DNA of 63,962 nt, the filler included, from Octopus bimaculoides (taxonomy: Eukaryota): assembly GCF_001194135.2 (NCBI RefSeq). It is 5 parts of 5 records of this genome, joined end to end, with 100 filler letters (N's around TTAATTAATTAA, not from the genome) between each part and the next. Parts side by side here need not be neighbours in the genome. Positions count along the whole stretch, not along the records: positions 50,407 to 62,671 come from NC_068992.1; positions 62,772 to 63,962 come from NC_068981.1; 3 more parts are not named here. The stretch is one strand, 5' to 3'. Numbering within the stretch: the stretch's first letter is position 1; each line of letters begins with the position of its first letter. A program made the position numbers and the translations under genes. The notes below the pieces were generated by a model. The model had not been told where the DNA came from, made no database searches, and saw nothing but the letters and a program-made list of their open reading frames with translations. Positions 60,767 to 63,962 of this stretch are shown piece after piece.

Positions 60767-62094
60767 ATTACACCCACACGTTAAAATGTACGCGATAGAT
60801 AAATGAGAGAAGAAGAAAGTCAAGTGGTTATATAGTGTATGAATTCACAATGACAAGTGTTTATTTGACAGACAGTGGAATGTGTTGGAAATTAGCTGTG
60901 ACAATTTGTCGTAGTACTATCTTTAAATCAATGTCCTCTTACTGACTACTCATCCCTTCGATTATAACTAACGAGACCCGAACTAACGGCGTAGTCTGTA
61001 CTCATAGGTGTCGGTGTGTTCATCACTTTTGATGTGACTGAAGTACAGTGACAACAAAAATTACGTATAGTTGCTGTTGTTTATCTGTATTCGAGCCCGG
61101 AAAGAGAAAGAAGACATATAATTAAAAAAAAAAAAAAGAACTTTTTAAATGAGCCAGAGTATATCTAGGGTAGTGGCAGCTCGTGTATAGGCTCTGAAGA
61201 GTTGCAGTATGACCTATTTCTATTCGATATTATCGATGGCATTCAATATAATGAGTCCTTTTTCCTTTTATTCTTGTATATTATATAATCCTTAAGCTTA
61301 ATGTCAGTAGCCATCCCCTAGTTTATGAAAAAAATACAAAGATCCTTGTATAGAGCAGTGCGCTTCACAGTTTCAACGACGCGGTGTTTGGCTGTTATAT
61401 GCATAATCACATGTTCGAGATAGGAAGCTTCACACTAGGGGAAGAGAGAGAGACAGCACTGCGTGAACGACAGTGCCGATCCCGGTGTTCCCGTGAGAGG
61501 TAGTGTTTCTTTCTGACTCTACGCGTGTTGTACATAAAACCGTGTTTACATTCTTGAAGTTGACAAAGTGTAGAATTAGATTATGAATCCTACTTCCTGC
61601 TTCAGTGTTGCTGCTAGTATTTGAAAGATAGAGCACATTCGAACCCATTAATTTGTGATTTAGGGGAGACTTTTGAAAAACACGGGGGGATTCACGGCGG
61701 TGTTCAGTGAACAAATTAAATACCCTACCCGGCAGTGGCTAAAACGCCAATGTATAAATTTTCTTTTTATGTTTGTTTCCTTTTACACAGTATTAAAATA
61801 ACGGGTAAATATTTTCTGAAGTAGCACCCTCACCCTAGTTTTATCTACGAGTCACCTCTGATCTAGGGGTACAAGTATCAATGTATCATTTTATTTATTA
61901 GAAGAGCGTATCGTGTTTCATGCGATAATAATGTGGCTGTTATTTCTAACAGAACGGTCGTGTGGAGCGACGCTCTTTACATTTACTACCAAAACATGTA
62001 AATATTCTATCTGAGTGAATTTAAAGTTTTCTTATCATTTAGCTCCACATAAGTCGAAGGTGACAATTAAGGTTAATTCTGATTTCAAATCAAT

Positions 62095-62310
62095 ACAATT
62101 GATTTTCGAATTTTGGCACAAGTTCAGCAAATTCGGGAAAGGGAATGAGTCGATTACATCGATCCTAGTGTTGAACTGGTATATATTTTATCAACCCTGA
62201 AAGAATGAGAGGCAAAGTCGGCCTCGGCGCAATTTCAACCCAGAATATAAAGACGAACGAAATGCCGCTGAGCCTTTTGCACGTCATACTGACGATTCTG
62301 CCCAGCTCGT
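62095..62310 (-). mobile_element. SINE family A
   Basis: GGCACAAG..TCGATCCTAGTG..GGCAAAGTCGGCCTCGGCG..CCCAGCTCG. Confidence 0.85.
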
Positions 62311-62573
62311 CGTCCTATTTAAGCAAAAAAGTGACTGAGATACAGCCAACATGTGTTCATTCCTATTTGCTTGAGCACACTTCCATGTATGTCTCCTTGT
62401 GTTCAGTTTCGATCATTCTGATAGTACATTTTAAAACTGCTTGTCTTCATTTACCAAGTAGTTCCGTACAAAAGTTACATCAACTGGAGATTCCATGTAT
62501 TAAGAAAAGAACCTACAGAGTTAGTGTAAATATAAGCATATATATATAGAGATGGGCGTGTGTGGGTATGCAT

Positions 62574-62665
<92 letters not shown>

Positions 62666-62771
62666 GGATTGNNNNNNNNNNNNNNNNNNNNNNNNNNNNN
62701 NNNNNNNNNNNNNNNTTAATTAATTAANNNNNNNNNNNNNNNNNNNNNNNNNNNNNNNNNNNNNNNNNNNN

Positions 62772-63095
62772 ATATATACATATATATACATATACATATA
62801 TATATATATACATACATATTTATACATATATATATGCATATATATACATATACATATATATGTACATATATATATATACATATACATATATATACATATC
62901 TATATACATGCATATATAAATATATATATGCATATATACACATAAATATGCATATATATATGCATATCTATCTACATATATATATATATATATATATAAG
63001 CATACATATATATATATATATACACATACATATATACATATATATACACATATATATATACATATATATACACATATATATATACACACACATAT

Positions 63096-63152
<57 letters not shown>

Positions 63153-63205
63153 AACACACACACACGTATATATATACATACATATACACATATATATATA
63201 TATAT
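62772..63205. repeat. Degenerate (TA/CATA)n tract
   Basis: Direct reading. Confidence 0.9.
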
Positions 63206-63420
63206 CTACCACATATGTGGAAAATTGGTGTGTATTTGCTTGTGGCGTTGTTAGCTAACTCCTCCTACATCGTTTTATTGATTTTGATGAAACTTAACAC
63301 ATGAGTAGAACTCATGTCTGGAAACCTCGTGACATACTTAGATTGTTGAAAAAAATCGATAATATGGCCCCTGGAAATTGCTTTCTTATGTCAGAGTAAT
63401 AAGGCATTTCAATAGAACAT

Positions 63421-63935
63421 CTTTACTCCCGGGAATTACCAGGTGGCTTCGTCTTTTGTTTTCTTTGTGAATTCTCCCCATATATTACACGCTCATGCGG
63501 TTGCACCAGTTGATCCTGTCTCCTCTCATTACCCAACAAACTTTTCTTGGATTTTCTACACTTTCTACACTGGACTATTCTACCTGGACTTTCTACTCTC
63601 GTCCACTTCAGCTGCACCTCTCCTGCCCATGGATTACACTGGACTCTTCTATTGATGATAAATCACTCCAATACACCACGACATACGAAGCTTTTGAACC
63701 TTTTGAACTTTTCTTAACTTTTTTGTACTTTCTAAACTCTTTTTGTACTTTCTGCTTTTTCCTATAGTCGTTTCTTCCTACTCTTGTTGTTCTTTTTCTG
63801 TGTTCCTTTTTGTGGAAAAGCGTAGGCTCGAAACGTTAAAGACTTTTTTCACTTCCCGAGCATTAAACTAATACATCTATTTGTTGTCTACACCACCTGT
63901 CTACGTCTTTTGTTTTCTTTGTGAATTCTCCCTAT
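63421..63935 (+). mobile_element. Penelope-type terminal-repeat unit (454-bp period) with one minimal hammerhead-like motif
   Basis: 29-bp perfect direct repeat CGTCTTTTGTTTTCTTTGTGAATTCTCCC at 63450-78 and 63904-32; AGC-GTAG-GCTC-GAAA-CG-TT at about 63818-63837. Confidence 0.65.
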
Positions 63936-63962
63936 ATATATATATATATATATATACTTGTA

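Noticed and set aside
62716-62727. TTAATTAATTAA as a biological motif (homeodomain site/palindrome)
   Set aside because: Always centred in 44+44 Ns: an artificial scaffolding linker.

Overview
AT-rich, repeat-saturated eukaryotic DNA from a gappy draft assembly. The SINE, LINE and microsatellite repertoire looks like a coleoid cephalopod (Octopus-like); this comes from recognition, not a database search. No host protein-coding gene, tRNA/rRNA gene or CRISPR array can be supported, and almost all ORFs in the track are microsatellite or N-gap artefacts. Four 100-bp N44-TTAATTAATTAA-N44 linkers show that separately assembled blocks were joined here. The called sequence contains dozens of tRNA-headed SINE copies (at least 4-5 families, labelled A-E here). 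It also holds decayed LINEs (R4/Dong-type RLE elements, CR1/Jockey-group, RTE), a Penelope-like RT+GIY-YIG remnant and several Penelope-type terminal repeats, and Tc1/mariner and Tigger-like MITEs. Four signals stand out. (1) About ten hammerhead-ribozyme-like motifs with palindromic stem III, including one nearly intact type I hammerhead at 32016-32108 and several folded into long inverted repeats. (2) R4-clade retrotransposon copies sitting in two different microsatellites, (CATA)n and (TAA)n, suggesting repeat-targeted insertion with an unusual tetranucleotide specificity. (3) An 81-bp inverted repeat whose six differences are all G-U compatible on one strand only. (4) A short CpG-rich, promoter-like island at 11360-11600.
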